DNA of 64,000 bases. It comes from a virus. The position numbers were made by a program, and so were the translations under genes. Location: the IMG/VR virus record IMGVR_UViG_3300021431_000125. One strand, written 5' to 3'. Positions 48,034 through 58,372 of this stretch are shown here, in pieces. The notes under the pieces were generated by a model. It was not told where the DNA came from. It saw only the letters and a list, made by a program, of their open reading frames with translations, and ran no database searches. How positions within the stretch are numbered: the stretch's first letter is position 1; each line of letters opens with the position of its first letter.

Positions 48034-48639
48034 TTATGTTAACTGCGGTTTCTGGCATTGACGTGCGACCTCCAGCAGCCTGGCTGAATGCTCCTTAGCC
48101 CATTCAGCAACATTAAGTCCATCACCATGCAAATATTCTTGCCATCCGTCACTGAACGCACTGAACAGCTCGTGTTCAAATTCTGTAAGTTGAACGTCAC
48201 CGTCTTCGTCAATCACACCCGTCTTGTTTTCCATATCGTTGACAGCGTTCATATACCCTTTTCTGTATTGCACTTCATCCGCATTTTTATATGCTTCATC
48301 CAATTGTTCCGCAAAATTCTTCGCATTTTCAAGCCAGGCAAGGGTGGCATTTATGTCACGAACACCAAAATAGATAGGTGATTCTTTCACCAAATTGACA
48401 AGTTCCTTTCTTATCCTTTCGTCTTCGGTTTCCTGGAGGTCGGGAAACATTTTGGCAAACATGCCCCGTATGTCGTCTTTTGTCACATGGGTGCATACAT
48501 AGTCATCACTTAAATTGTCAAGCGCCGATTTTGCGTATTCGAACGCTGCATCATAGCCTTTGGCTTTTTCTTCTGTTGTCATATTGTTGCTGTTTTTTTT
48601 AATTAGATTTAATTTGGTATCAGTTCGGACAGAAAACAC
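48034..48639 (-). CDS. hypothetical protein with family-C-like EDERIRKELVNLVKE repeat
   Basis: ORF track. Confidence 0.5.
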   Translation of the reverse strand: MFSVRTDTKLNLIKKNSNNMTTEEKAKGYDAAFEYAKSALDNLSDDYVCTHVTKDDIRGMFAKMFPDLQETEDERIRKELVNLVKESPIYFGVRDINATLAWLENAKNFAEQLDEAYKNADEVQYRKGYMNAVNDMENKTGVIDEDGDVQLTEFEHELFSAFSDGWQEYLHGDGLNVAEWAKEHSARLLEVARQCQKPQLT

Positions 48640-48811
48640 CAGTATTTGATGCTGTATTTGTCACACAGCCACTTCCAGTCCCTTTCCACCTGTCGAGCTT
48701 TTAATGTCAATATTTTGCCATTGTTTGTCAGGCATACAATGTCTTTGTCGAAAAGGCAAAGGCCATCTGGTGCATTCCAATGGATAATGGATATTTTTTC
48801 GTTCATTAAAA

Positions 48812-49231
48812 TTATTTTTTACAAATTTCAAGGTTATCTAATTTGTTTTCATATTTCTTTTTAAGACGTTCATATTCTGCTCTATCATGTTTCTCCTTAG
48901 TCTCAGCAATCCGACGAGCCGTCTCTTTTTCCCGTTTTTCTTTTTCTTTGCGTTCTTTCTCCTGTCTGTCCTTTATCTGCTTGGTAATTTCCTCATCAGA
49001 CGTGTAGAGGTATTCGATACCACAACGCCAGTGTTCCTCTTCGTATTCGTTTCTGCAACGACCACTGCACTCAAACCAAATAATGCCGTCTTCATAAGTA
49101 ATACCGCTGAGGTTCATAAACCAACTGACGTTAAACTCTTTCAATTCACAAAGTAAATTGAAAACCTCTTCAGCTCGTTTGTCTACCTTTTCCTTTAATT
49201 TAAGGAAATTCATTACTTCATTATATTCCAT
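48812..49231 (-). CDS. hypothetical protein with Lys/Glu-rich coiled coil
   Basis: ORF track. Confidence 0.45.
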   Translation of the reverse strand: MEYNEVMNFLKLKEKVDKRAEEVFNLLCELKEFNVSWFMNLSGITYEDGIIWFECSGRCRNEYEEEHWRCGIEYLYTSDEEITKQIKDRQEKERKEKEKREKETARRIAETKEKHDRAEYERLKKKYENKLDNLEICKK

Positions 49232-49650
49232 AGTCTTAATTTTCTTGGTTCGTTAAACGGTCGTATAATCCCTTTGAAATTTGAGACAAATAAGTTGCTC
49301 GTCTTTTACTGTAAGCATTGCGTTGCGGTATTCCTCTATTTCTTCGTGGCTTAAATCAGTACACAAAGCCAGCCAGTCACACCCTTCCGCTATTAACGTA
49401 TGGAGCATTAACCCCAAATCTTTTTTGTTTAAGTAAATTTCGTTATCTTCCATATATTATCCAATTTTAAAAAGTTCTTTCCATCCAAGCAGGGTAAGTT
49501 CCAAACCTTCAGCATGGGCTATATTGGGTGAAAACTGGCAAAAGGCTGCGTTATATTCCAAATCATCATAGGTTTCGTAATAATGTTTGGTAACCTGTCC
49601 AGATTTTCTTGTTATTCTCAGGCAATATGTTTTCATTGTTGTTAACCGTT

Positions 49651-50127
49651 TTACGCCTTTTTTTTCTTGTCCTTAATGTAATTTTCAGCCGCCTTAACAC
49701 ATTCGTCTGGCACATATGCCCACTCGTCTGGTTCGACAGGAAAAAACAGGTCGGTTATCCATGTGTAATTGGAATATTCCATCAGTAGACAGTATCCCAC
49801 ACTGTATCTGCATATAACAAGGCTGCCATCCTTAGGTCTAACTTTGATTGTGGAAGGATGTTTCTTTCGGAATATCCTTTCGAGAAAACTCGGTTTGTAA
49901 GGTTGTTCGAATTTGACCCATTTAGGTGTGAAAAACCCATCTATAGACCATTCCATCTCAACCTCATCACGGTGTACATAAAAATCACCGTACTTGTACA
50001 ATACGGTTGTCTTGTCATCACCTTCAAATGTCTCAGCCAGTTTTTCACAAACCCTCAGCCCCTTGGCATGACTTTTGTCAGTGACATTTTTTTGCAGAAT
50101 AATCACCCAATCCAAATGTGTTCTCAT
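49651..50127 (-). CDS. hypothetical protein
   Basis: ORF track. Confidence 0.5.
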   Translation of the reverse strand: MRTHLDWVIILQKNVTDKSHAKGLRVCEKLAETFEGDDKTTVLYKYGDFYVHRDEVEMEWSIDGFFTPKWVKFEQPYKPSFLERIFRKKHPSTIKVRPKDGSLVICRYSVGYCLLMEYSNYTWITDLFFPVEPDEWAYVPDECVKAAENYIKDKKKKA

Positions 50128-50332
50128 GGTTCTTTGATTTTAAACCTAAATATACAAATACCTTTCCTCGCCAATTTCCATTCCTGCAACTTTTTTCTCT
50201 ATTTCGTCGTAATCCCAGTATACAAGCGGCTGCAACCAATATGGTTGAGTTTCATCGGGCTTAATTTCATATGCCAGTTTTCCATTTTTCTCATCTGGCA
50301 ATCGTTTCAGAATATATTTCATTTCAAATTGT

Positions 50333-50728
50333 TTACTTTTGATACATGTCTTCGGGTGCTTCAAGCGCAAGCCCCTTTTCAATCAACCCATGGTAGTCGA
50401 AATGATGCGCATTAAGCCAATCAAACATTTTACTTTCGTTGTCCAAAGTAAGCTTATCTGTAAACATCATTGGACAAAGGTTCACACAAGCAAAATTAGC
50501 AAATTCGCTCTTTTCCTCCTCGGTCATGGTTGACATTGGGCGAAGATATGGTTTAATGTAATCCAACCCTCTGAAATTAACAACTGGTGATTCTATCTCA
50601 ACACCCCACAGTTCTTCGTTAAACGTGCCGCTGCCACTCATTTCCTCATAATATACCTGGATAATTGTATGGGAAGTTAGTCTGCCACACAAATCTTTTA
50701 AGAGGAGTTTCTTTTCGTCTTCAGTCAT
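50333..50728 (-). CDS. paralog family B member
   Basis: LLLKDLCGRL...IKPYLRPMSTMTEEEKSEF...FDWLNAHHFDYHGLIEKGLALEAPEDMY. Confidence 0.55.
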   Translation of the reverse strand: MTEDEKKLLLKDLCGRLTSHTIIQVYYEEMSGSGTFNEELWGVEIESPVVNFRGLDYIKPYLRPMSTMTEEEKSEFANFACVNLCPMMFTDKLTLDNESKMFDWLNAHHFDYHGLIEKGLALEAPEDMYQK

Positions 50729-50939
50729 TGTCTTTTTGTTTTGGTGAATATGAATTAAATGGACATTCCAGGCAAGGATACGGTACTACATCGTCTAATT
50801 CCTTAAAGCCTTTCTCTTTGTCTACTATGTCACAATGCGCGATAAAACGGTCTAACGGGATTGGAAAGTCTTCCCAAAAATGGCTGCAGGTTTTACACAG
50901 GTCTTTTTCTTTCATCTTTAATCTGTAATATATTAAATC

Positions 50940-51395
50940 CTATATGAATTTGTTAAGTGTATATTTTATAGCATCTTCGCAAGCTTCCTCGTATGTCTGG
51001 TATTCAACACAGTCGAATTGGTCAGGTGCATCATACAGATACCTTCCGTCAAGTGTGTGTATTATGCTGTATGACCAGAAATGCCATTCTTCAATAACCT
51101 TTCCGTCGGCATCCTCACTTTCATCATTAATCAGACTGATATCAATGAACAAATTATGTTTTTCCCTTAGCCATCTCATGACTAAAGCCTGTGTCGGTAC
51201 CGTGTCATAATAATGCCTACAGGCTTCGTCAAAACCCTTTTTCTTCAAAAGCAAAGCTGTTTCTGGAGAAACAAACTGTTCCCTTATTTCCGTATCATTC
51301 AATTTTGTTAACATAACTGACATAAAACATGTGGTTGTCCCCGTTGACAATGTAGAAGTTCTCATCGTCGTCACCGACCACAACATAATCATCAC
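50940..51395 (-). CDS. paralog family A member (start probably ~51314)
   Basis: FVSPETALLLKKKGFD...LVMRWLREKHNL...YEEACEDAIKYTLNKF. Confidence 0.5.
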   Translation of the reverse strand: MMIMLWSVTTMRTSTLSTGTTTCFMSVMLTKLNDTEIREQFVSPETALLLKKKGFDEACRHYYDTVPTQALVMRWLREKHNLFIDISLINDESEDADGKVIEEWHFWSYSIIHTLDGRYLYDAPDQFDCVEYQTYEEACEDAIKYTLNKFI

Positions 51396-51705
51396 CGTCG
51401 ATACTAATCTTTCCGTACATCAGCAGCCTGCTGTCACCCTTTTCGATGTTGTGGTGGCTGTCGTTTTCGAATACAGCATCAGCTGGCTGTGTAAGGATTT
51501 TTCCCAGACCGTCAAGTCTGGATTCGGTATAGTCCCTGTAACCAAGCGGTGTTGCTGGAATCCAATTTCCATCTTCAGTTTCACACATTTCCCTTATCTC
51601 GCGTTCATCAATGGAAGGCTTCCATCCGTCAGGTGCAGCTTTGTACTCACCGTTTGGCACAAAAGCCGACTCGTAAAGTTCTTTGTTTTTAATGCTGATT
51701 TCCAT
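51295..51705 (-). CDS. hypothetical protein
   Basis: ORF track. Confidence 0.45.
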   Translation of the reverse strand: MEISIKNKELYESAFVPNGEYKAAPDGWKPSIDEREIREMCETEDGNWIPATPLGYRDYTESRLDGLGKILTQPADAVFENDSHHNIEKGDSRLLMYGKISIDGDDYVVVGDDDENFYIVNGDNHMFYVSYVNKIE

Positions 51706-51729
51706 ATTAATCTAAATTTTTTAAATTCA

Positions 51730-52182
51730 TTAAAAGTCATAATTGAAAATGTCGTCAGTCGGGTCATAATCCCTTATCATCTTGTTGGCGACATGGCTCA
51801 ACTCTGGGAGAAAACTGTAAGGAGCTTTTTTCACTGGTTTTATGTCAAACAAGTGTACAATACTGTCAACAACAGGACTCTTTTCCCTCATGTCAATCTG
51901 TATCATGCCGTCCCCGCGTACAACAAAAGGTGTTTCACCCCTGTCGAACGCATCCTTGTTCTTGACATGCGCCAGCATCCTTTCATCAGGAAAAGCCATC
52001 TTGACAAAATATTTGACATTGGCAATAGCCAAAGCGTCATATACCGCCTGTTCCTCGTCAGTCAGTTTAAACCCATCGACGTTGTCCAGACACCATATCA
52101 CATAGCCTATGTGTTCAAGTATCACTTTCTTTATCGGCTGTCCCTTGTATTTGCCGAACTGAAAAACCCTGTCTTCTTTCAT
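51730..52182 (-). CDS. hypothetical protein with N-terminal FGKYKG motif (DUF3820-like)
   Basis: FQFGKYKGQPIKKV. Confidence 0.5.
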   Translation of the reverse strand: MKEDRVFQFGKYKGQPIKKVILEHIGYVIWCLDNVDGFKLTDEEQAVYDALAIANVKYFVKMAFPDERMLAHVKNKDAFDRGETPFVVRGDGMIQIDMREKSPVVDSIVHLFDIKPVKKAPYSFLPELSHVANKMIRDYDPTDDIFNYDF

Positions 52183-52200
52183 AGATTCTCCAAACTGAAA

Positions 52201-52800
52201 TTAAACACTAATCAGCGACTGCAGTTTCTCCTTGTGGCTTTCAGTCTGCGGTGTTCCAGCGAAGTTGTAGTAATTGAACAGGATTATCAGCATTTCGTCA
52301 GTAACCTTACAGTCTGTGTATGAATAATACACTGTCGCAGTAAGCGAATTTGCCCTTGATTTGAAGAACATCTTACTTTCATAGTCGAAATCCTTGTAGT
52401 ATACATCGCGACCGTTGACAACAATCGGAAACTCATTATGCACGAATTTCTGTATTGTCATAAGTCTCTGTTTTCCGTCAATGACGAGGTTGACCTGACC
52501 GTTTCGGCTGGTGTGGTCTTTCATGTCCTGCACAATAACCAAACTATCAATGGGTTTCTCAAGCAGGATGGACATGATGAACTCACGCTGCTGGAAAAGT
52601 TCCCACACGTAGGGACGCTGAAGGTTGATGCCGTATGTAGGTAAATAGACATCGAAATCATATACCAAATCACGCTCTGGGTCAGGATTTTCCAAAGCCT
52701 CAACTAGTCTGAAATCAAGCAATACCCCCTTGTTTATATGTATTTTCTTTGGAATCTTGTGTAAATTGTTACACTGTTTTATTTCGTCAAGTAAACTCAT
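52201..52800 (-). CDS. DUF262 / ParB-like nuclease-fold protein (GmrSD N-terminal-domain family)
   Basis: ...QRPYVWE...SILL...LVIDGKQRLMTI = DGQQR signature of DUF262. Confidence 0.6.
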   Translation of the reverse strand: MSLLDEIKQCNNLHKIPKKIHINKGVLLDFRLVEALENPDPERDLVYDFDVYLPTYGINLQRPYVWELFQQREFIMSILLEKPIDSLVIVQDMKDHTSRNGQVNLVIDGKQRLMTIQKFVHNEFPIVVNGRDVYYKDFDYESKMFFKSRANSLTATVYYSYTDCKVTDEMLIILFNYYNFAGTPQTESHKEKLQSLISV

Positions 52801-53279
52801 ATCTTTATTTTGTTTTCAATGTACCACTTCATACCAGCCTCTATAGCGCTACAATAAGAATCGTAAGTGTTATCCTTGGATGGGAAACCAGGCTGATATA
52901 TAGGTTTGGCTCCCGTAATGTCAAGGTTACTTGTGTCACTTATTTCAAAACACCAACCCAGTGAAGTCAGGAACGGGTGGATTTCAACTTCATGCTCACA
53001 CAAAAACCACTTCCACGCTAACTGTATAGTCGGACGGGAATATACATTTTCAGTGTTATCACTGTTGCGGTTCCAGGTATCCCAGATTTGACCTCCGTCA
53101 ACGACTTCAATTTCATCCCCCCTACCTTCGTCCTTAAGGTCAAGTTCCTCGTCGAAACTGATTCTCTTACCGTTATGCTGAATGTCTGGTACGTACTCAC
53201 TGCTACATATGGCATTGAAACCGTTTTCTTTAAGGAGCTTGGCGGTCTCAAAGGTTACATAGTCTTCATTTATTCTCAT
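52797..53279 (-). CDS. paralog family A member
   Basis: YVTFETAKLLKENGFN...IQLAWKWFLCEHEV...; class-I promoter 28 nt upstream. Confidence 0.55.
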   Translation of the reverse strand: MRINEDYVTFETAKLLKENGFNAICSSEYVPDIQHNGKRISFDEELDLKDEGRGDEIEVVDGGQIWDTWNRNSDNTENVYSRPTIQLAWKWFLCEHEVEIHPFLTSLGWCFEISDTSNLDITGAKPIYQPGFPSKDNTYDSYCSAIEAGMKWYIENKIKI

Positions 53280-53306
53280 ATATTTAATTTTTTTTGATTA
53301 TATCAC

Positions 53307-53333
53307 TATAACCAAAATTAAGTAATTTTTTCC
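53307..53333 (-). promoter_or_regulatory. class-I promoter-like element
   Basis: TATAACC-N12-TTTTTTCC; 28 nt to ATG 53279. Confidence 0.6.
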
Positions 53334-53561
53334 GCAAAATACCAAAAATAATAATCCATAGACACATTAGTTGTGTTACGAATTTTTTTCATTATTAAAC
53401 GATTTTGTGGTTTTGGATAAAGATAAATGCCCTTTTCGAGAACAGGTAAATCTTTTCGTACACGTTTCCTGTTTTCCTTGAAATAATTCTCAGTTAATTT
53501 GTTATAACACTTAATAGCATCACAAGCATCTCTGAAGTGTCTAACAATTTTACCATCAATT

Positions 53562-53792
53562 TCAATAACTACCACCTACTGTAATTTTAAATGGTTTAGC
53601 ATCAGGAAATTTAATCCGATATAATTTGTTACCACATGACGTATATAGTTTACCACAAACCTTACATCTGTAGTTTTTCCACACCTTACCTTTTCCTGTT
53701 GTACCAGTTTCAGGGAACCTGCTACCCTCGATATATTCAAGGTTTTCGCCACAATGATGAAACAATCTTAATAACCAACTCATATTAGCCAA
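53562..53792 (-). CDS. small zinc-ribbon protein
   Basis: CKVCGKLYTSCGNK. Confidence 0.4.
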   Translation of the reverse strand: MANMSWLLRLFHHCGENLEYIEGSRFPETGTTGKGKVWKNYRCKVCGKLYTSCGNKLYRIKFPDAKPFKITVGGSY

Positions 53793-54014
53793 TAATTTTC
53801 ATATAAATCTACATTCCTTGTTTGGCTATTCGTCAAGACGGCTGTCATAAAAAATCACATACTTGTCGCCCTTGTAGACAACCTGTATGAAAAAATTCGA
53901 GAGTTTAAATCCTTTGTCAGCCCATTTCAGGATTGTTTTTTCGACTTCACATTCGTCTTTGAGAAATTTTGATTTGATTTCCATGTTAATTAATTTTTTT
54001 TGTATTGTTTATTC

Positions 54015-54040
54015 TATAACCAAAACTTACAAATTTTTTC
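54015..54040 (-). promoter_or_regulatory. class-I promoter-like element
   Basis: TATAACC-N12-TTTTTTC; upstream of small ORF starting 53985. Confidence 0.55.
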
Positions 54041-54123
54041 TGTAAAACGGAAAACTATTTACATTTGGGTTATGGATTCAACCAATTCCTGTGTCTCTTT
54101 CCTTATATCCATAGTCACGTTTA

Positions 54124-54492
54124 TTATTTGTGATAATCATAATTACAGGACTTTCCTTTATATTCCCAGGAAACAATCTCATGCTCGTCTGGATTTATTC
54201 TCTTGTCCGCCTTAAATCCAGACAGCCCGCTTTTCACGTACACACCGTCTGTTTCGTTCACAAAGGGGACAATAGTGTCACGCAGATGGTCGATAACCTC
54301 ACCCAAAGTCCAGGTTGTGCCAAAACTTTCATATTTGCGATACAACGTTTTCATGATATTGAAAATTTTCTTCATGTCCCACTTTTCACTATCAAAGTAA
54401 AAATGCCCTTCAATAGCATTCCATTCCTCACGGTTGGACGGGCGAAAACCCATGTCACCGCTGTAACTGTACATATAACTAACAAGTTTCAT
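54124..54492 (-). CDS. hypothetical protein
   Basis: ORF track. Confidence 0.5.
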   Translation of the reverse strand: MKLVSYMYSYSGDMGFRPSNREEWNAIEGHFYFDSEKWDMKKIFNIMKTLYRKYESFGTTWTLGEVIDHLRDTIVPFVNETDGVYVKSGLSGFKADKRINPDEHEIVSWEYKGKSCNYDYHK

Positions 54493-54673
54493 ATTTCAAT
54501 TTGTTTTAAAATTAGTTTCACTTTTTTGGTCAGCTTTCCAATCGTTAAAACATTGTTTACTGCAAAAAACTAACCCCTTGTAGACGATAAACCCGTCATT
54601 TTCAAGCTCTTTTTTGCTTGGTTTGTTGCCAGCATATTGGTTTATTGCAAATCCGCAATAATCACACGTGACT

Positions 54674-55102
54674 TCATACCATTTTTCTATCATAGTTTTT
54701 AGTGATTTGTTCCATAAAAAAATTAACACCAGCCTCAGCAGCTTCTTCGTAGGTTTTAAAAACCATATCCTTTGAAGGAATACCAACACTATAAATAGTT
54801 TTGGCTCCTGTAATATCGGTATCATCGGCATTCTGAATTTCAAAATACCAACCAATACTGCAGAGATATGGGACAATTATGACGTGATGTTCCTCGCGAA
54901 CCCATGCCATAGCCATAGCAATGGTAGGTAGCGTAGCCAAATATTGGTTTTCGGTACAAATCTCAGAATTACATACGGGCCATGTGCAAGGCATAAGACC
55001 ATAACTTTCGTATTTAGTGTTAAACACGAAATGGCATTCACCATCAAAGCCTTTCTCTTTCATTTTAATAGCCGTTGCCTGGCTTACATATTTTTCTTTC
55101 AT
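54674..55102 (-). CDS. paralog family A member
   Basis: YVSQATAIKMKEKGFD...AMAMAWVREEHHV...YEEAAEAGVNFFMEQI; class-I promoter 27 nt upstream. Confidence 0.55.
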   Translation of the reverse strand: MKEKYVSQATAIKMKEKGFDGECHFVFNTKYESYGLMPCTWPVCNSEICTENQYLATLPTIAMAMAWVREEHHVIIVPYLCSIGWYFEIQNADDTDITGAKTIYSVGIPSKDMVFKTYEEAAEAGVNFFMEQITKNYDRKMV

Positions 55103-55128
55103 GATGTTAAATTTTATTATTACAATAG

Positions 55129-55155
55129 TATAACCAAATTCAGGCTATTTTTTCC
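55129..55155 (-). promoter_or_regulatory. class-I promoter-like element
   Basis: TATAACC-N12-TTTTTTCC; 27 nt to ATG 55102. Confidence 0.6.
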
Positions 55156-55165
55156 ACATATATCG

Positions 55166-55660
55166 TTATTTTTTCAGTCCCATTCTTAGTGCCGTTGCAA
55201 CAAAAGCGCAATAGTCACCATAGTTCATTGAACCGTTATTTAACTTATATTCAGCTTCCTGTAAAGCTGTTCTTGGCTCAGCTTGTTTGCTATAGCGAGA
55301 ACATTCCCAATCTAAGGCCATAGCCTCATAATCCTTTTCGCCTTTAAACTCCAGATGGTGTGAATTGTGCGTTCTGTGCCATTTCTGCACTTTAGCATAA
55401 TCGCGCAATATTAGTTTAAGCCAAGGCTTTTCAAAGTCGTGGAAAAGATATTTGAATTTCCAGCAATGAAGTTCCTTGGCAACTAGATTGAAAGCCAATA
55501 CATGATAAAACCAGTACTTGAAAGTGCTTCTCTGTTCTTTGGTGAACTTTTTAAATTTTTGTTCGTTAATCATTTCAATATTTATTAAAATGGCGTTTTC
55601 TTTCATATTCAACACCAGCTTTAAACTGGTTTCTGAGTGAATTTTTGGAATATGCCCCAA
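55166..55660 (-). CDS. hypothetical His/Trp-rich protein (start probably ~55573)
   Basis: ORF track. Confidence 0.45.
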   Translation of the reverse strand: MGHIPKIHSETSLKLVLNMKENAILINIEMINEQKFKKFTKEQRSTFKYWFYHVLAFNLVAKELHCWKFKYLFHDFEKPWLKLILRDYAKVQKWHRTHNSHHLEFKGEKDYEAMALDWECSRYSKQAEPRTALQEAEYKLNNGSMNYGDYCAFVATALRMGLKK

Positions 55661-56186
55661 TAGGCAGCTGTCCAGGACAGTAATACGTTATTACAGGTTC
55701 ACTGTCGACTGACTCTTCCATAGCCTCAGTCATTTTATCAGCATCGATTTCTTCAATGTGTGCCCACTGGTCACCATCAGTACAGTTTATACATCCTTTT
55801 ACGTTGTTACAGTCATTACATCTTTGTTTTTCAATTATAGCTTCAACATAACGACGGATGCATTTAGCCTCCTCAATACGTCCAATGTCTGATGGTTTGG
55901 GGTCTTTTCTTTTCCAATCCTCATCCCATTTAATGCGTTCATTAATGAAATCAAGAATTAAATCAAGACTTGTTTTTTCAACTGTTTTAGGCTTTTCAAC
56001 ATATTTATACCACACATAGTTGGCAAATTTACGTGACTCATCACTGTTGTGTGCTTCATTGTCAATACCATGTATGTAATCATACCAATCCATCATTTCA
56101 TAATAAGTGGAATCGGTAAGGTTTTCTTTCCAGTCAGGATTTTTCTGTCTGTATAGTTTAAACAGTTGTTCGTAATTTTCTTCCAT
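55575..56186 (-). CDS. hypothetical Cys-containing protein
   Basis: ORF track; class-I promoter 35 nt upstream. Confidence 0.5.
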   Translation of the reverse strand: MEENYEQLFKLYRQKNPDWKENLTDSTYYEMMDWYDYIHGIDNEAHNSDESRKFANYVWYKYVEKPKTVEKTSLDLILDFINERIKWDEDWKRKDPKPSDIGRIEEAKCIRRYVEAIIEKQRCNDCNNVKGCINCTDGDQWAHIEEIDADKMTEAMEESVDSEPVITYYCPGQLPIGAYSKNSLRNQFKAGVEYERKRHFNKY

Positions 56187-56220
56187 TTATTTGTTATATT
56201 CAATTTGTTTGATTCACTTA

Positions 56221-56247
56221 TATAACCAAATTCAAACTGTTTTTTCC
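56221..56247 (-). promoter_or_regulatory. class-I promoter-like element
   Basis: TATAACC-N12-TTTTTTCC; 35 nt to ATG 56186. Confidence 0.6.
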
Positions 56248-56254
56248 TTAAGTT

Positions 56255-56611
56255 TTATTTGTTTTTGCAATTAACCAAATGGGGAATATATTCAATTTCG
56301 TTAAACTCAGGAGTGCCAATATCACCTTTATGCACAAACTCCACGTTTTCACCATCATCAAATTCCACCCAAGACCCTCGTCCATAATCGTCAGATTTTG
56401 AATCTATCCATTCGATTCTCTCGATATCCTTTCTCCAACGTTTGTATTCTCTGGTTTTATTGTCGAAACCTTCCACAAACACATCAGGAAGCTGTGATAT
56501 GTCCTGTACAATGCCTTCTTGGTAAATTCCGTCTTGTTCGAAACGCACAGCGTCACCAAGATGAATATTATATTCTTTTATGAATTTCGCCATATTACCG
56601 TCATTTAGCAT
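56255..56611 (-). CDS. hypothetical protein
   Basis: ORF track. Confidence 0.5.
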   Translation of the reverse strand: MLNDGNMAKFIKEYNIHLGDAVRFEQDGIYQEGIVQDISQLPDVFVEGFDNKTREYKRWRKDIERIEWIDSKSDDYGRGSWVEFDDGENVEFVHKGDIGTPEFNEIEYIPHLVNCKNK

Positions 56612-56614
56612 TTC

Positions 56615-57661
56615 TCATTTGACTCTGTAGCTATCAATCTTTTTAATGATGCTAACATTGTTAATTAAAGGCTGTCCATCAGTATCTTTACCGACATAAT
56701 CACCCTTTACAAGATAACACGGTCTATCATCATATTCAATCAAATGTTGTTGAGTATATAAAGTAGTTTTTGTTATAGGTAAACTTAACCCTAAAACAAT
56801 ATCTCCTTTATCTGTTTTAAAAGCAGGATAAACAGACACTCCATTTTCGGTACCAACTTCTATTTCTCCCTGGTAAATCTTAGATTTTTCATCAGTCGGA
56901 ATTTCACCAAAACGAATATATAGTTGTTCTTGTTTACCTTGTTTTTCAAGCCAGGCAATGCATTCGTCAATCTCAAAAGTAGCAGCATGGTGAGTCTTTT
57001 GTAATTTGAGAAAGTGAATACAATTTTTCCTTATCCTCTCATCTTCTTCACTCCACTCATACTTAGGCTGAGGTCTAAGGGATTTGAGCCAGTCTTTATC
57101 CTCGGATACAGCGAATCTTGTCCGCGTGAATGTTGCCCCTTTCTTGCACATTCCTTCAAGACGTTCCAAAATACTATTTAGATGTTCTTCATCCTCTTCG
57201 CTCCACTCAGCAGTTTTCTGCTCACCTTGCTTTTCTTCCAGCATCAGTTTATCCAAATCTGACAGTAATATGTAATCACACTCACGCCCAAGGACTGAAT
57301 TAAGACTATAATCATTACCATCCTTTATCAGATAAATTAGTTTGCCTTCACCGTTTCCAGCAATACCGTCTTTCCAATGGTTCCAAATGGATGTTTTCTT
57401 TGTTTCTTTCATGCCTTGCTTTTCAAGCCAAGCAATAGCATTTGTTATTTCTTTATATCTATCGGAATCTATTGAATCGAGTGCTCTAAGAAAAGTGAGT
57501 TCATTATTTATGAAGTTCCTTATCTCCTCATCCTCACTCTCTTTGAGTGCAGGATATTCATACTCTATGAAGTCCACAAGTGCTTTGTTGTCTTTATTTG
57601 CTGCCTTGATTTTCTTTATGTCCTTAAGAGCCTTCTCGTATTTTTCTTTGTAATTTTCCAT
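56615..57661 (-). CDS. family C repeat protein (348 aa; WLEKQGK / WLKSLRPQPK / EEDE.IRK modules)
   Basis: internal repeats IAWLEKQGMKE..., DWLKSLRPQPKYEWSEEDERIRK, CIAWLEKQGKQE; paralog of 59721-61241. Confidence 0.6.
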   Translation of the reverse strand: MENYKEKYEKALKDIKKIKAANKDNKALVDFIEYEYPALKESEDEEIRNFINNELTFLRALDSIDSDRYKEITNAIAWLEKQGMKETKKTSIWNHWKDGIAGNGEGKLIYLIKDGNDYSLNSVLGRECDYILLSDLDKLMLEEKQGEQKTAEWSEEDEEHLNSILERLEGMCKKGATFTRTRFAVSEDKDWLKSLRPQPKYEWSEEDERIRKNCIHFLKLQKTHHAATFEIDECIAWLEKQGKQEQLYIRFGEIPTDEKSKIYQGEIEVGTENGVSVYPAFKTDKGDIVLGLSLPITKTTLYTQQHLIEYDDRPCYLVKGDYVGKDTDGQPLINNVSIIKKIDSYRVK

Positions 57662-57662
57662 T

Positions 57663-58118
57663 TTACTCTCCTTCCTTTATATACCCGTTTTCAAGTAGCC
57701 AGCAAACCATTTCGAATGCAGTTTCGATAAACGATTTACCTTTTATATCATGGTCACTATAAATGTCAATTAAACATTTATCTCTATTGGTAGCAATGTA
57801 TCTCAAAGAATTATCATTAGCAAACTGCCATTCTAAATCATAGAAATAGGCACTTCTTTCATCAACTGGAACTGATATAACTTTAGGCATCAATTTTATT
57901 AATGCTCCAAGAGACCAGCAAGGAATATCATAACCATATCTATAAGAAAAAAGATTATACCTAATGGCAGATGCAAGTCCCACTGATACAGAAAAATCTT
58001 CATCTTTTGCATCTTCTATGTGTTCTCCCGTAAATGAGTAATACATGTCAGAAGTTAAAGGGTCAAGACCCAATTCTATTAGTTTCTTACTCTGTTCTAT
58101 TGTTGTATAATGTATCAT
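57663..58118 (-). CDS. family D protein (MIHYTTIEQSKKLIELGL...WLLENGYIKEGE)
   Basis: paralog of 61234-61914 N-terminal 150 aa. Confidence 0.5.
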   Translation of the reverse strand: MIHYTTIEQSKKLIELGLDPLTSDMYYSFTGEHIEDAKDEDFSVSVGLASAIRYNLFSYRYGYDIPCWSLGALIKLMPKVISVPVDERSAYFYDLEWQFANDNSLRYIATNRDKCLIDIYSDHDIKGKSFIETAFEMVCWLLENGYIKEGE

Positions 58119-58372
58119 TTTTAGTCTACTTTCATTCTTTATAGATTTTTAACAAGTTTCCATTTATCCTGGTCTTTAAAATAAATAACCCAATTTGCTA
58201 TATGGGCATCATTTTCTATTTCTTCACTTGTGACAATATAAGAATCCTCCTGGACACTCTCAACAGTAGCTTGAGAAAATCCGTCGGAGATGACATCACC
58301 TACTTTAAATTTAATATCTTCGCAAATGATATTCATAATCGTTTAGCTGCAATACGAATTTTTATACACATT

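Noticed and set aside
51331-52323. 330-aa plus-strand ORF, plus many other plus-strand ORFs of 60-250 aa across the window (e.g. 572-937, 15375-15893, 22590-23084, 34046-34783)
   Set aside because: All lie antisense to minus-strand genes with recognisable domains (DUF262 DGKQR, FGKYKG, SmpB, Rnl2, sigma). They are Val/Phe/Leu-rich as expected for the complement of Lys/Glu/Asp-rich coding DNA. They lack promoters or starts in gaps. Antisense shadow ORFs.
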